From Lama glama (Eukaryota): DNA of 64,000 nucleotides. Both the position numbers and the translations under genes were made by a program. Location of the stretch: the NCBI GenBank assembly GCA_028534125.1, contig CM052818.1:41046001-41110000 (forward strand), in the 5' to 3' direction. The notes under the pieces were generated by a model. That model saw nothing but the letters and a program-made list of their open reading frames with translations, had not been told where the DNA came from and made no database searches. Of the stretch, positions 18,171 through 31,870 are shown one piece after another (the stretch's first letter is position 1; the number at the start of each line of letters is the position of its first letter).

Positions 18171-19769
18171 AACAGTATGAACAAGAGTAGATATGTCTTA
18201 AATGTATCATGTTGATTAAACTTTTCCTTTGGAGGCAGATAGTTCTGTGCCTCCTGGAATTTAAAGGTCTCTTCCCTTTTCTTTGCTATTCTTTGTTGCA
18301 TTTTCTCCTTGAGCCAAAGATGTCAAAACAAAGCTTGAATCTTGATCACTTATTATGGATCTTTCTTCAGAGATTCAGTTGTTTAACTTGTTAGGATTTT
18401 AAATGTCTTTCTCTCTTTTTATGAAAAGAAAAATAAGGTAAAACAAAGTAAAAGCATGTATGATTTTTAAATAATTTCAAAAACTAAATGATAAAAATAA
18501 TTCTCAAAATTTAATGTCCTATCTCATATCCCATTTAAAAATCCTTATAAAGTCAGTAAATAAATTAAAATTTTTGATTACTTATTTCCTTTTTGTTAGT
18601 CAAAAAACAGCTATTAGAGTAAATTTTTATTTATTTTTGCCTTTTTACTTATATGTTTACCTTTAAATAATCTTTAAAATTTTATTTAGTTATTTAGTTT
18701 TGAAAAGTTAATATCCAGACATGGCACCGAATGCAAAGGGTAAAGAAAAAAAAGAAAGAGTGAATGTAAGTCCCTCTCTTCCTTTTTAACATTCATCTAT
18801 CCAATTTTCCTTGATGGAGGAAACAACTGTTAACAGTTCTTTGCCCCTATATATTTCTATAAAACAATATTTTATTATTAACAAGCATATAAAGTATTCT
18901 CAGTTGTTGCCTATTTTATAGCTATTCTTTTTAATAGAATGTTTAATAAAGTCAATAATTTATATATTTCAACATGTTAAAAATTTGAGATTAAAAGGAG
19001 AAAAAATATTAGTGCTAAAGAAACTGAAACTTGAAGTTAAATAGGTTTAGTGAATCTGAAATTTTGACTACAACTACATTAACTTTTAAAGCAACTTTAG
19101 AAATTCTGATTTTATCTTTCAAAAATATTCTTAATACCACTTTAGCATAATATTAATTATTTTAATAAGTATTATTTTATTGACATACTTAGTTACATAA
19201 TCCATGTTTCCTTCTTCTTAAAAGATCTTTGTGATTGATTCTGCTGCCTGACAAATTGTCACTTCAATTTCTTTCCTTTATTTCACTGCCCTACATCCAG
19301 TAGCTCTAATTCCTACTCTTTTATTTTGTAAATCTTCCATCTATATATACACATATTCCTTCTCTTCTCTCCTCAGAGTCTTTATTATTTCTTTTTGTCT
19401 TCCCCTGCCTCCTTTTACTAGAAAGAACACTGTTAAGAGTCACTGAAGGCTTTGGCCGTTTTTCAGTTTGCATACTCTTTTATTTCTTTGCATTGCTTAG
19501 CTGCCTTGCATCTTGGAAACCATCACTTTGTGATAATACAGGACCTCTTATTTTTCTGACTATACTGTTTGTTTTGCTTTCTGATCTTAGATATAAAGCA
19601 AACTCCAAAGTTTAGTCCATGGACTTCTGCTCTTTGTTTCTGTATTGATTCCTTAGAAATCTCACCAATTTGATGGGGTCATCTATCATACCAAATCTGT
19701 GGTTTTGGCATCAAATTATGTGTTTCTTAAATTCTAATGTCAATTGTTTAACAGTAATAAAAAATTAAT

Positions 19770-19992
19770 ATTCATTAAATGCATACTATGAGCTATTCTA
19801 AGATCTTTACATATATTAAATACTTTAATCTTTAAATAACCTCATAGTCAGATGCTATTTCTATCTCTATTTTACACTGTGAGTTTAAATAACTTCTCTA
19901 AGGTCACAAAGTATTTATTGGCAGAATTAGAATTCAAACCCAGGCAGTCTGCCTCAGGGCCCAAACTCCTACCTGCTATCTTATACTGCTCT
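19770..19992 (-). mobile_element. MIR SINE
   Basis: MIR core aataacttctctaaggtcaca...ggcagaattagaattcaaacccaggcagtctgcctca. Confidence 0.7.
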
Positions 19993-20408
19993 AATTTCCA
20001 CATTGCTACAGGTCAATAACTTCAATTCATTATACCTAAAATCCTGCCAGTCATCATTCACTCTTCTACCTGACATTTATTCCTTACTATCAGATCTGTT
20101 GCTTCCTTCTTCTAAGGAGTTCGCTGAGCTATTCATCATTTTCCATTCTTTTTATAATGTAACTTGACCTAATATAACTTTCCAGGTGATCACCCCACAA
20201 TTTCCCGACAGTTAAAAGATTCTGTTAATGCTTCACTTTCTTCAACTAATATTTTCCCATTTTACTCATAATCTTTCCTCTCATAAGGTCTTCTCCTCTC
20301 TTGCCTATTTAAATCATATCTATCCTTATGCCATAACCTCTATAATGCTTTTGCCAACTACTTGAACATTTTATGATTACTATGTCCCATGAATAACAAT
20401 AGTGCTTT

Positions 20409-20568
20409 CTTAAACAACAATTTAGTATAGCACAGGGAATTATATTCAATATCTTATAATAACTTATAATGGAAAATAATTTTAAAAAGAACGTATACAT
20501 GTATATATAATAAAATCACTTTGCTGTACACCTGAAACTAACACAGTATCAACTATACTTCAATAAAA
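20409..20568 (+). mobile_element. 5'-truncated L1 3' end (artiodactyl type) with 11-bp TSD
   Basis: tatagcacagggaattatattcaatatctt...tcactttgctgtacacctgaaactaacaca...tcaactatacttcaataaaaaa, flanked by AATAGTGCTTT at 20398-20408 and 20569-20579. Confidence 0.85.
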
Positions 20569-21924
20569 AATAGTGCTTTATTTTAAATTCACTATAGAAC
20601 ATTTATTACACCCGTCCATACTATTTGTCTCTTCACCTATCTAAGCTTGTGCATTCGCATAATTTTCAAAACATTTTTAGTCTCTAAAGCCCTTTATCAG
20701 TACTCAAAAATATTTATTGATTATATGCTGAATGCTAATATAACATTTATTTCATGATTTCTTATGCTTGGCTTTATATTTTTTATTGATAAATCTACTA
20801 TGTTTATAGCTTTTTTCGGTTTGCAGAAGAGAATATAGCTAAATTCAGTGGGAGTTTTTGGCATTTATGTCTTTGGCTCTTTCTTGCTTACCCTGTCTCC
20901 TTCAGTATTTAGTGCAGCTTCAACACAGAGTCCAATTTTTTCCTTATAAGGCTTGCATAAGTGCTTTTTAATATGACTAATATCTGCTTAAATTGATTTA
21001 CACACTAATTTTTTATTCTTGATTTTCAACAAAACTTTACAAAATCTTCTATGTACTTTCATCTATAGGCAAAAATGAATGTTTTATAAAGTTTTTTTTT
21101 CTGTGTCTTTTCAAGTTTACTTCACAATACCTTGCTAATCTACTACTATACTAAATCTGCACTTAGAAAGATTATCCTCATCATTACTGTCATCGTCATT
21201 ATCAGCCATCAAGTGCCTTTATGAGTAGGACAACTTGCTATAGGACATACAGACTTAGTGTCAGTAACCAAAGTTATCTGATTATTATTACAGGCCACTT
21301 ATTTGCAATGGGCAAAAACAAAGGGTTCTTTTATAGCCTGCTGAGTGGATCAGAGTCTTCCAGCTGGCACTTTATTTTCTAATCATTTTAGTAGCATGTT
21401 GCTCAAACATTTTATATATTTTCACAAAATTTGTTTACACATCTCAAATCTCTTCCTTTTTTTGAGTATGACAAACTACAAATTTATTGATAGAAAATTT
21501 TAATTTGCACATTGCAGAGTAGTATAGAAATTAGCCCAATGTGTAATTTTGTGTATATACAAATTTATATCTCTAAAATAGAAAATTCATATTTATTTTT
21601 AACCTTTTATTTAATAATTAAAACTTTTTTGACAGGAAATAAATTTCTTGAAGTATTTAGAATGTCACAAAGTTGAAGCTGATCTAGAAATATTTTTGAA
21701 GGTGCTATATATAAAGAAAGAGCAGTTTGGAGGTGATTACAGAGAAATAAAGTGTAATAGCACCCAAAATTCATAAATATACAATGTCACAAAGTTCTAT
21801 AGAGCTGAAAATGTGTTTATCTGAAGAGATACAAACTCTTGTGCTAGATTAAAACTCTTGTTAAGAAATGAGAGAGCAAAGTTTTACAAACCATTAACAT
21901 TTTTATAATACTAACTTTAAAAAT

Positions 21925-22408
21925 TAATAGATCTTACTTCTTAAAATAGTCTTAGATTTACAGAAAAATTCAATTGAAAGTGCTGAGTTTCCATATACTA
22001 CTATCCACTCTTCCTCCCCAGTTCCCCTATAATTAATATCTTGCATTGCTGTGGTACAAGTGTTACAATTATTGAACCAAAACGGATACACTATTATTAA
22101 CTGAAGTTTATAGTTTATTTTAGAGTTCACTCTTTGTGATATACAGTCCTATGAGTTTTGTCAAATGCATAATGCCATGTATCCACCATTACAATACCAT
22201 ACAGAATAGTTTCACTGCCCCCCAAACCTTCTCTGCTTCACCTATTCATCCCTCGTCACTTCCTGCTACCCCCACAGCTTCTGACACCCAGTCATCTTTT
22301 CACTGTATTTATAGTTTTGTCTTTTCCATAATATCATATAGTTGGAGTCATATATTATGTATTTGCAGATTGGCTTCTTTCACTTAGCAATATGCATTTA
22401 AGGCTCTT
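21925..22408 (-). mobile_element. L1M 3' fragment
   Basis: Antisense L1 3'UTR text (ttagatttacagaaaaatt...gaatagtttcactgccc...gattggcttctttcacttagcaatatgcatttaagg). Confidence 0.8.
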
Positions 22409-25400
22409 GTAATCTTAACTTTTCTAAGCAAAGAATCTTCTAGGAGACAGCTTAAGTCTCAAATGTTTTAGGTTTTCACCATCTATTTTCTTTTAAGGAA
22501 AAGGGCAGTAATTATAGTTCATTTTAAACTGTGGCTGTGTCCACCTATCAACTTCTGAAAGTTTTTCTCATAGATTTTCTTTATGGGGAGTCTTTAAAGG
22601 AACTACTCTGTCAGCACTGGCAAAAGCTTCTCTTTGAACAGAGACGTTTCAAAGCATTTGTAAGCCATGATAAAATAATTCCAAAGGAGGTTTTATCTTC
22701 TATTTTGTTAGCAAGAGCTGCTCTTCGGAGCCAAAATTCACCAGAGACTAAATGGTCAACATTAAGATGGGGCTATAAAAGTCTATGCTAGGCTTGGAAA
22801 GTTTCTACTAAGTGGGAATCAAAAACACTGATCAATATAAGGGAATATTTTAATGTGTTACTCTTGTGCTGTCTTGTATAATGAATGACCTGTGTTGTGC
22901 TGCATGAACAATGGAATACTGTTAGTAATCCCAATTCTGTGACTCTATGACTATTAACAACCATCAAATACGTATTTAGACCCAGTAAATGTCTAGTTGT
23001 TTGCCAGTTACTGTGTGGAATATTGATGTATATATCATGGTTCCAGATTTAAAGAATATACAGATTTAGCTGACAAAATCGAAGAGGCAAAACCCATTAA
23101 ATAACTAAATGAATAGTTAGATTTGAGATTTCATTCTGACTCTCTCTGCATGAACTTGAATATGTCATGTAGCCTCCTTTGGCCTTCAGATGTTTCTTCA
23201 TTTGGCGTATTGTAATTACTAAAATAACTCCTGATATTCTGAGTTGTTCTGCAAATGAAACCCCCTGTGGGAAATAAAAGGAGAAATATCAAGAGGGAAA
23301 GACATTAAATGTAAATAACAAAGAATGTGTAGTATTTTTAGGTAGTTTAGCAACTTTTATTTGCTATTAAAGGATGATGGAAAGGAAAAAATAAAGATTA
23401 GGGTAGTGATTATCAATAACTTTCATGCATCTCAAATAAGAAGTATATGATCTGTTTCCTAACACATTCATTTGTTTATGCTCTCAACAAACATTTATTG
23501 AGGGCGTATCATGAGTCTAGAACTGAATAAATGACTTCATTTCTATAAATCCTCTCGTTTATAAAATTCAGATCATATTACTCATCATTCTTTCTATAAA
23601 GCAGCCATCCTTTTAAGGGAAACTACCCATGGAATGGTTTGAGCCTATTTAACTTGTAAGGTACTCTTTCTTAAATTCATTTCAGTTCTGTATCATAAGA
23701 ATGATTGCTTAGATTTTTTGAAGTCTGTTATGAAGACAATACTATGGAAGTAACCTGTCTTCCACACCTGGAAAAAAAAGAGGTTTTAGCAGCTCTGATG
23801 TTTGTGATTATGGGGCTAGGGGAGTGGAGGAGGGGTTATCTGATTGATTTTCATGGATTAACAGATATAATAAACATGAAATGTTTAGCATAGCTCCTGA
23901 TGCATAGTAAGCATGTAATTACTAATTGCTATTATTACTAATATTTTAGAAAGGAGTTTTCTCATTCCTTATGTTATAAATAAAAAAGATTACTAATAGG
24001 GTCTCCTGCCCTAAGGATCCCACTTTTGAAGCATAGGCTGAGGAATATTTACCTTTATGGTTTGAAGTCTGTTACATGTTTTGAATATTTACTTTTCAAT
24101 ACACTTTCTTTATTAAGATACAATTCAGCCACTATACATGTTTGGCCAATTTACTTTAACATGTAAAATGTTCTGTGCCAGGTTCTAATGAAGTCCTTTT
24201 ACTATAAAACAATTATTTCAAAGGATATGGCAGTTTTTTTTATTGCAGTAAAATATAATAATACAAATTTACCATTTTAATTATTTTTGGGTATACATTT
24301 CAGTGGCATTAAATACATTCATATTGCTGTATATAGCACTTTTGAACTTCACTTTATTTAAAAATGTATTTTGCTTGGTTTTCCTTTTTTATCACGAGTG
24401 ATAGCATAATTTCATAACAAAAGAAGGGGAAAAACACTCACTTTTGAAACTCTTTCTTGTTTTTGACTCAGACTGATTTTATGGTAGAATTCTTAGCTAT
24501 GGCTAACATATTCCTATGTGTCTTTTAACTGCTTAGGAATTTGCTAGAACTTGGATATAAAGTTCCTTTGTGAAACAGCTTTTTCTTATAAAGACAGTAT
24601 ATTAAGGGAAAAAGTTTTAAACTGAGATAAAATTGTGAAAGTAACTGAGATTATACTTGAAATTTACAAAATACTTAATAATCTTTAGGCATAGAAAAAT
24701 ACTACATACTGATAAATTTGAAAGACAGCATGAAATATTTTTAGATTAAAATAGATAAAACACATTATCCAGTTGAGTAAACATTCCTTGAGGATCTGAT
24801 ATATACAAAGCACTTGGCAAGTACTGTGGGATTTACAAAGATATGAAGTTTTAATCTAATTGAAGGGAAAAACATATTGATAACACAGAACAGAGTGAAT
24901 AATCATGCTGTGGAGGTGCGGAAATTTGAAAGATTGATTCTAGTTGGAGAGTGAGAATTTATATGAGACATAGAATTTAAGCTAAGCCTTAAGACTTTCA
25001 ATAACTGTAGATTAGGGTAGGGCAGGGGAAGATTCTATTTAGAATAGCATGAAGATGAGCAATTTAGTTTAGCAGGAGATTTGTAAATTTGCCACTGATA
25101 AGGTTTTCATTTTATTATTTTTATATAAAATCATTGGGATTATGGATTAAAAAGAAAATATATAGAAGGACTTAATTCTCTTCTTATAGTGAAAAATTAT
25201 TTCTTATTTTATATTTTGAAGTTTCTTTTAATTTTAAGAATTTGCCTTGTGTTCAGTACATTGGAAGATTAAAAGAGGTTTTGTGGGATAGGAAACATAT
25301 AATGAAATTCTGGGATTTAGAGCAAATTAATTTTTAGTACTTTACACGTTATAGCTCCAAGTGAATATAATGAATGCTCTCATTTTCTAGTGATGCATAT

Positions 25401-27109
25401 AGCTTTGGAGAAATTCTTTTTCTAAACAGAATTGCAGAATTGTAGCTAGTGAGTTTATTGTTACTATCCTCATATGTGTTTGTATAGTTTTTTAGAGGCC
25501 TATAGTGCTTTCTATATTTTGCATCATTAAATCCTCTTATCAATATATTATCATCCCCATTCCAGATAATGAAACTAATATTTAGTTTAAGTGGCTTTTT
25601 CAAGTAAAGAGATTGTAAAACTGTATCCTAACACAGTACCTGATGCATACATAGTAAATGCTGTCAAACTGAAATGAAGTCAGTTTTTCTATGAACTTCA
25701 TAACTGCTGTCTGCTTTTATGTTGCTTTTCTTCTTTCCCTCCTCTTTTCCCCCTTTCCTTTTTTACTGAGTGCTATTATATTCAAGACATCAGGCTAACT
25801 TCTTAATATGCAATGAATATCAAAATTGATTGCTTTTATGAGACTGACAACCTGGTTGGGGAGCTATAGAAGTCATACATAAAAAGTTAAATACAAATAA
25901 AGTCAATTCTCCTATTTCTTATATCTTACAGACAAGAAGTAGAAAGGAAGAAATAAAAAAAATAGAGTTATGTATCTAATCATAGTGCATAGTATCTTAA
26001 CCTTTTAAATGTTAAAAAACATTTCTTCATATTCACAATCTATTTATGAAACTGTATTTTGAATTTTCATAACTTAGAGCGTTGGCTTAAAAAATATTTT
26101 AATGGAAAAGTTAAATTTAATTTCCTCAATTAAAAATATTTATTTTTTTATTAAACATTAGAGGCATGGCATGACACTGAGTTATATTAAGATTTATGGG
26201 CTCTTTATGAACAAAACAAACAATGGAAAAGAGGGAAAAAAAGTTCAGATCTTAAGACAGCACAAGTAATTCTAGCCACAGGAGGACCTTGTGGGTGAAC
26301 TTTAACAGTTGTGGTACAATTGGTTAGGTCATTTTTCCTATGTAGCTTCTCTCTTCTGAGCATTTCCTATTTTTCAGTGCCATGTAAGATTTCTCAGGGC
26401 ACATAATGGACTCACTATAGTAGTTTATTGCCCCTTGCTTAATTTCTTATGACCTTTAAAGTTAATCTTTCTCCCACTTATCAGCTTTCCTCTTGAACCC
26501 TAGAACTGTAACATTGACCTTTATATCTTATGCTGCAGTTTTTGGGATTTAAATTTGATCAAGTCACTTCCCAAACCCCAACCCCATCCCTTCTTCTCAT
26601 CTTCAGTTTAAACTGCTTCAGTGCTGTCTCATTTTTCCCAAGGACTGAAGTCTTAAACATGGTCTTAAATGTATATTCTCATCTTTATTTACTTCTCTGG
26701 CCTTCATTTTGCTCTCCTACTGTTTTCTTCCTCTCAGCAGAGATTGCACAGTCTCCTCCTTTTGCTTGGGACTCTGCCCCCTCCACCTTCCCTTCTTTAC
26801 TTATTTAATTCCTACTCATCTCTTCCATGCTCATCATGTCTTGGGCAAATGTTCCCTGACTTCTGAACGAGTAAAATCTTCCTATTTTAATTCTTATGTT
26901 ACCAAGTATACTTCCTTCCTAAAAGTATAATTTTATATTTATTTTTGTGATTATTTTACTCGTGTCCATCAGCCCACCTATCTCACCTATGAAATGATGA
27001 GGGTTTATGTGCAGCAAAAATTAAGTAACACTATAAACAGAGTGAAACTAAATAGGTGGTAGTTATAAATATTACTATTAAATAATATTAGAACTGGAAG
27101 GTTTTTGAG

Positions 27110-27636
27110 AGCATGTTGGCCACTGTTTCAAATGCACTTGGCTTTGCTTTTACTCTGGTCACGCGCGGGTGACCACTTCCGTGCAGAATTTGACATCCTT
27201 GCCATCAGTGTAACCTGAGAGCCCTTCATTTCAGGCTTCTCTTCACACCTCTCTCTTCGTGACCAGGGCTTCTTTGACAGCTCTGTGCAGACACGTGGGA
27301 CCCTGCTTCACACTCATGCAAGTGTAAACCCAAAATGTGAGGCCTTTAGCACCCTCAGGGCCACCCGTGACTGATGAGGCACTGAGCTGATGAATAAATG
27401 TTTCCTTCCCCTTTTTGTTCTCTGTGTGGACTGCTCTGGGACTCCTCATTTCATGAGGCTTCCCCAAGATTCTGAGCACCAGTCACCCAAAGCAGTGACC
27501 AGTTAGACACCATCCAGCTCCTTCCAGGCTTTTTCTCCTCTGTTTCACTCCTTTTGCTCTCTGAGATCATTTCCCAAATTGCTTTCATATGGGCTTTTTT
27601 TCTAGACTCTGTTTTCAGGAAACCATACTGGTGACA
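27110..27636 (+). mobile_element. Old ERVL LTR (LTR16-like)
   Basis: 3' part gagatcatttcccaaat...ctagactctgttttcaggaaacc resembles LTR16-family ends; locally higher GC. Boundaries approximate. Confidence 0.55.
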
Positions 27637-29579
27637 CTTCTCATCTAAGAGATGGGGAAATGGAGGCCCAGAAATGTGAGGTAACTTGCCAAAATTTGTA
27701 CAGTTAGTGCTAAAGTCAACATTAGAAACAATACACCTTGATACTTTTACAGTGTTCTTGCCACTGTGCCATAATGTCTCTCCACATTATAGTTTGGCTC
27801 AGCTTATCAATGCTATTTATATGCTAACTGTTTTGGTTATTATTAGGGACTGTTAAAATATGACGGGGAGGCATATGCTAATAAAATGCGTGGGTTTCTA
27901 GAATGCCAGCAAAAAACTGTTTATACCATGGTTTGAAAAATTATTTAAAGATTTTTAGGTGTTCAACCATCTGGAATGTCTACAAAAATATAAAACTATA
28001 TCTCAATTTTACATTATACTTAAATATACTTATACCTATAATTGTACTTCTATAAGGTTTGAATAACAAGAAGTATTATTAAAAACTTTCACCAAATTTC
28101 TATGTAATTATATATTTCACAAAAGCTGTGGATCATTTTAAGACATGAAAAAACCATTGACTTTGGCAAAAATGAAATCACACAACAGTGCTCAAAGCTG
28201 TTGATTAAATGTGTTATTTAAAAAAGGATTTAGAGATAGTTCTTGAAGAATCTATAATAAATCTGACAAGTTAAGAGAAGGCAAAAATATATTGTTACTT
28301 TATGTGGTATTTACCTTGGCCTGTCTGTAGCATTACATTTTCCAGAAGTTGGAAAGAGCATGGTGTTCTTCTTCGCAGACAGATCTTCTGTCATAACCTA
28401 ATTCGCAGTTGCTCTTAACGAAGTGTAAACTTATGCCAAGTGAGAGTTGATGCATTGATCCATGTTAATATTTGTAAAAATGCATGTGAATGCAGTGAGT
28501 GAGTGAGTCATCCTCGAGTTTGGATTACCGTGCTTGAAAACAAAAATATCAGCAGGGTTTCTGCCTTTGTGAGCTCAGAAAAGCATTAAGCTTCAGCTTC
28601 CCTACCTCAGGAAGCACTGGATTAATACCAGTCATGCTGGATCAGGGCTTATTTTCTGTCAAAGTGGTGGTTCTGTTCTTAGGAGAGAAGAGAAGTGGAG
28701 ATGGTACTGGAGACAGACGTTAGGATAACCAGTTCTGAGGCATAGAGACTGGACTGCTGTGCTAGAAAGCATTTACATTTTCCACCCAGATAACCCAAGT
28801 AGAAGCAATTAATTGTATAGTTTTTGTTTGTTTGTTTGTTTGTTTTACTTTTACAGACGCAGGACTTAGGAAGTTAAGTGATGTTAGGTTGAAAACTTGC
28901 CTCAGAATGGAGATTTTCCTGGTGGTGCTGGCCCATCCATTATCTCCAGGCTATTTACCTTGTCCTGAAGGCCCACTTAATATGTGACAAGAGCTTGTCT
29001 GTCATCCTAAGTAACCGGGACTTTATCTTAAGAATACTGGCTAGACAGTGGCAGTTTTAAAGCAGGGGAATGACTTCAGATATTTATATTACCAGTGGTC
29101 AGGAGTTTCCAGGTGCTGGAAAGACAGTTTTGATGCTATTGCTATAATATAACTAAGAAATGATAAAAAATTTTACTTACAAAGTGAATTCTTTTCAGCA
29201 TTGTTGGCTTTTCCTCAGAGAGTTATTGTTCTTTTAACTTTTATTGGCATTTATTCATTCATTCACTCATTCATATATTTATGGAGCATCAAACATATGC
29301 TACATTATTACATGGCAAGAGGAAAGAAAAATAAAGATCACACAAAGACTGACCTGAATATAGTGACTTGATTCCTGCCTAAAGGAAGATATAATCTACT
29401 GGAGGGAGTCTAAACTTTCTTTTATATTTATAGTTTCATACCAGAAAATAAGCACTATAAATAAAGAGCTAAGAGATGTGAATTCTACTTTTGCCACTAA
29501 ATTTCTGAATCACCTTAGATAAATCACTTCTCTGGTTGTCAGTCTCCTAATTTGTAAAAATAAAGCCCTTGAAACTTCA

Positions 29580-30295
29580 AAATGCTAGGAGCTGCTCAAC
29601 ATCATTAATTACTAGAGAAATGAATGCAAATCCAAACCACAAAGAAATGTTATTTTACACCCACTAGAATGGTTATAATAAATAAGACAAGCAATAACAA
29701 ATGTTAGTGAAGATGTGGAAAATGTGAATCCTCATACCTTGCTGGTGGCAATGTAAAATGGCGCAGTCACATGGAAAATAGTTTGGCAGCTTCTTGAAAA
29801 GTTAAATATAAAATTATCATATGATCCAGCAATTGCACTCTAGATACTCACCCAAGAGAAACAAAAACACATGTCCACACAAAGACTTGTGAGTGAATGT
29901 CCATCACGTGAATGGGTAGACAAAATGTGATAGGTCTATATAAGAGAATGCTATTCAGAAGTAAAAAGCAATGAATTACTGGCATGTGAATGAACCTCAA
30001 AAACATTATTCAAAGTGAAAGCATCCAGACATAAGTTTCTACATATTATATGTTTCCATTTATATGACATGTCCAGAAAAGGCACATTTATAGAGACAGA
30101 AGGTGGATTAGCAGTTACTTGGGCCTATGGGTAGGATGTGAGTTTAAATGGGCATGAAGGATCTCACTGGAGGGTGAAAATGGTCTAAAACGGACTTAAT
30201 GACCATTCAGTAAACTTATTAAGAATCATTGAATTGTAAACTCAAAATGGATGAATTTTATGATTTGTAAAATATCCCTCAGTAAAGTGGTGTGA
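29580..30295 (+). mobile_element. L1M ORF2 end/3'UTR fragment
   Basis: gctcaacatcattaatt...gaaatg...caaaccaca...gctggtggcaatgtaaaatggcgcagtcacatggaaaatagtttggcag...gatccagcaattgcactc: classic L1 3' region. Confidence 0.85.
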
Positions 30296-30839
30296 AATAT
30301 GTTAAGAGCAACAGGAAATGGCCTCTGATTTCTTTGATAGTCATGCAGACAAGAGACAAGGCATAGCCAGAGTCAGCATATTTTCTGAATGTGATTTCTA
30401 TATTCTTTCATAGAACCATTACTGGAATTTTTACAATAATTTCGGTACTTCTCGTAATGTGATTTGATCTGCTTTGCCTCAGACTTTAATATTCCACATC
30501 CATCAAGTCTTTGCCCAGGGGCACCATGTCTTCTTTCATTTTCCCAGAAGGATGAAGGAGATTTGGAATATAAGAGTTGGCCTGGTGTATTTTATGGAGA
30601 TGGCTCTTCCTTGAGCATGAGCATCACTCCATTTAACCAAAGCTTGAATAGCTAAGCAAATGTATACATAGAGATCTAGTACCTGCAAAGCCACCCAGGA
30701 ATTGGTGCAAATTGTTTTTATATGTTATTCTCTGTAAACTGATTAATAAGTTTTATAGATATGCTTTCATTTGATTCTGCTTCCCAGCCATTTTTTTTTC
30801 TCTTATACTGCCTTTCAGAGTAGATGAGATTCTGCACAC

Positions 30840-31870
30840 GGTGCATACATAGTAAGTGTACAGTAGATACTTGAAGAAAAAAAACTAAAACACCACCATA
30901 CCAAATAATGAAGAGTGGACCTACAGGAAGTACACTATTACAAACTGGAAAGAGAAAGACAGGGAGCAATGCCTTCAAGAATCTGATGGGAAATAATGTA
31001 CTACTTAGAATCCTATAATAAGCCAAGCTTTTAATCAAATATAAATTTACAATAAAAATAATTTCAGTATCAAATTTGCAGGAAATTTACCTTTCATGCA
31101 TTTTTATTAGAAAGCTACTGGAGTATAGATACTAAATTTTTAAAAGGATCATAGAATAGAGAAAATCACAGGTCTATCATGGAATTTTCAAGAAGAGATC
31201 AGGATAATGGGAAAAGGAAGACCAAAGAGGATGAGTCTGTCACAGGCCTGGAGAGTAACCAGTCCAGAGCAGAGCAGGGGGGCTCTGGAGAGAGACTGTC
31301 AGGAAGAAAAGAAACTGATATCTTTTGAAGTCCTTGAACATTTGAAAATTATACAATAAGTACATGATGCATCTAAAGGGACGTTTGGATATAATGAATG
31401 AAAATACTCAGAAAATTAATCAAGAGAAGAACTGGCAATTATTAAATCCGTGTGGAAAGGGAACAAATAAAGGGATAAAATATTGGTACACTATTTAGCT
31501 TGATAACTAATAAGTATAAAGTAATAGTAATTTAAGGACTGACTACTAAATTAGCCAGAATTAAGTTACAATTTTACCAGAAAGAGGGAGGGAGGGAAAC
31601 AGATGCAGGAGTAGCAGTTCTAAGTATGTTAAATATTGATCTACTGTAATTGAAAATGCATAGTCAATTTCTAAACTGATAAATCAAGAAAGAGCAGTAT
31701 AAGCATTTTATGCAGAAATATGGATGAAAACCTAACAAAAACAGCTGAAATAACTGGAAGTGTTTACTGCTGGAACCAGGGAGTGTTGAGGAGGAGGGAA
31801 AGGAACTTAGTCTGTCCTCACTGCTGTAACAGAATTCCGTAGACAGGGTGGTTATTGTTATTACTTGTGT
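30840..31870 (+). mobile_element. Old degraded L1 (L1ME-like) fragment
   Basis: A-rich, degraded L1-like text. Family and boundaries uncertain. Confidence 0.4.
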
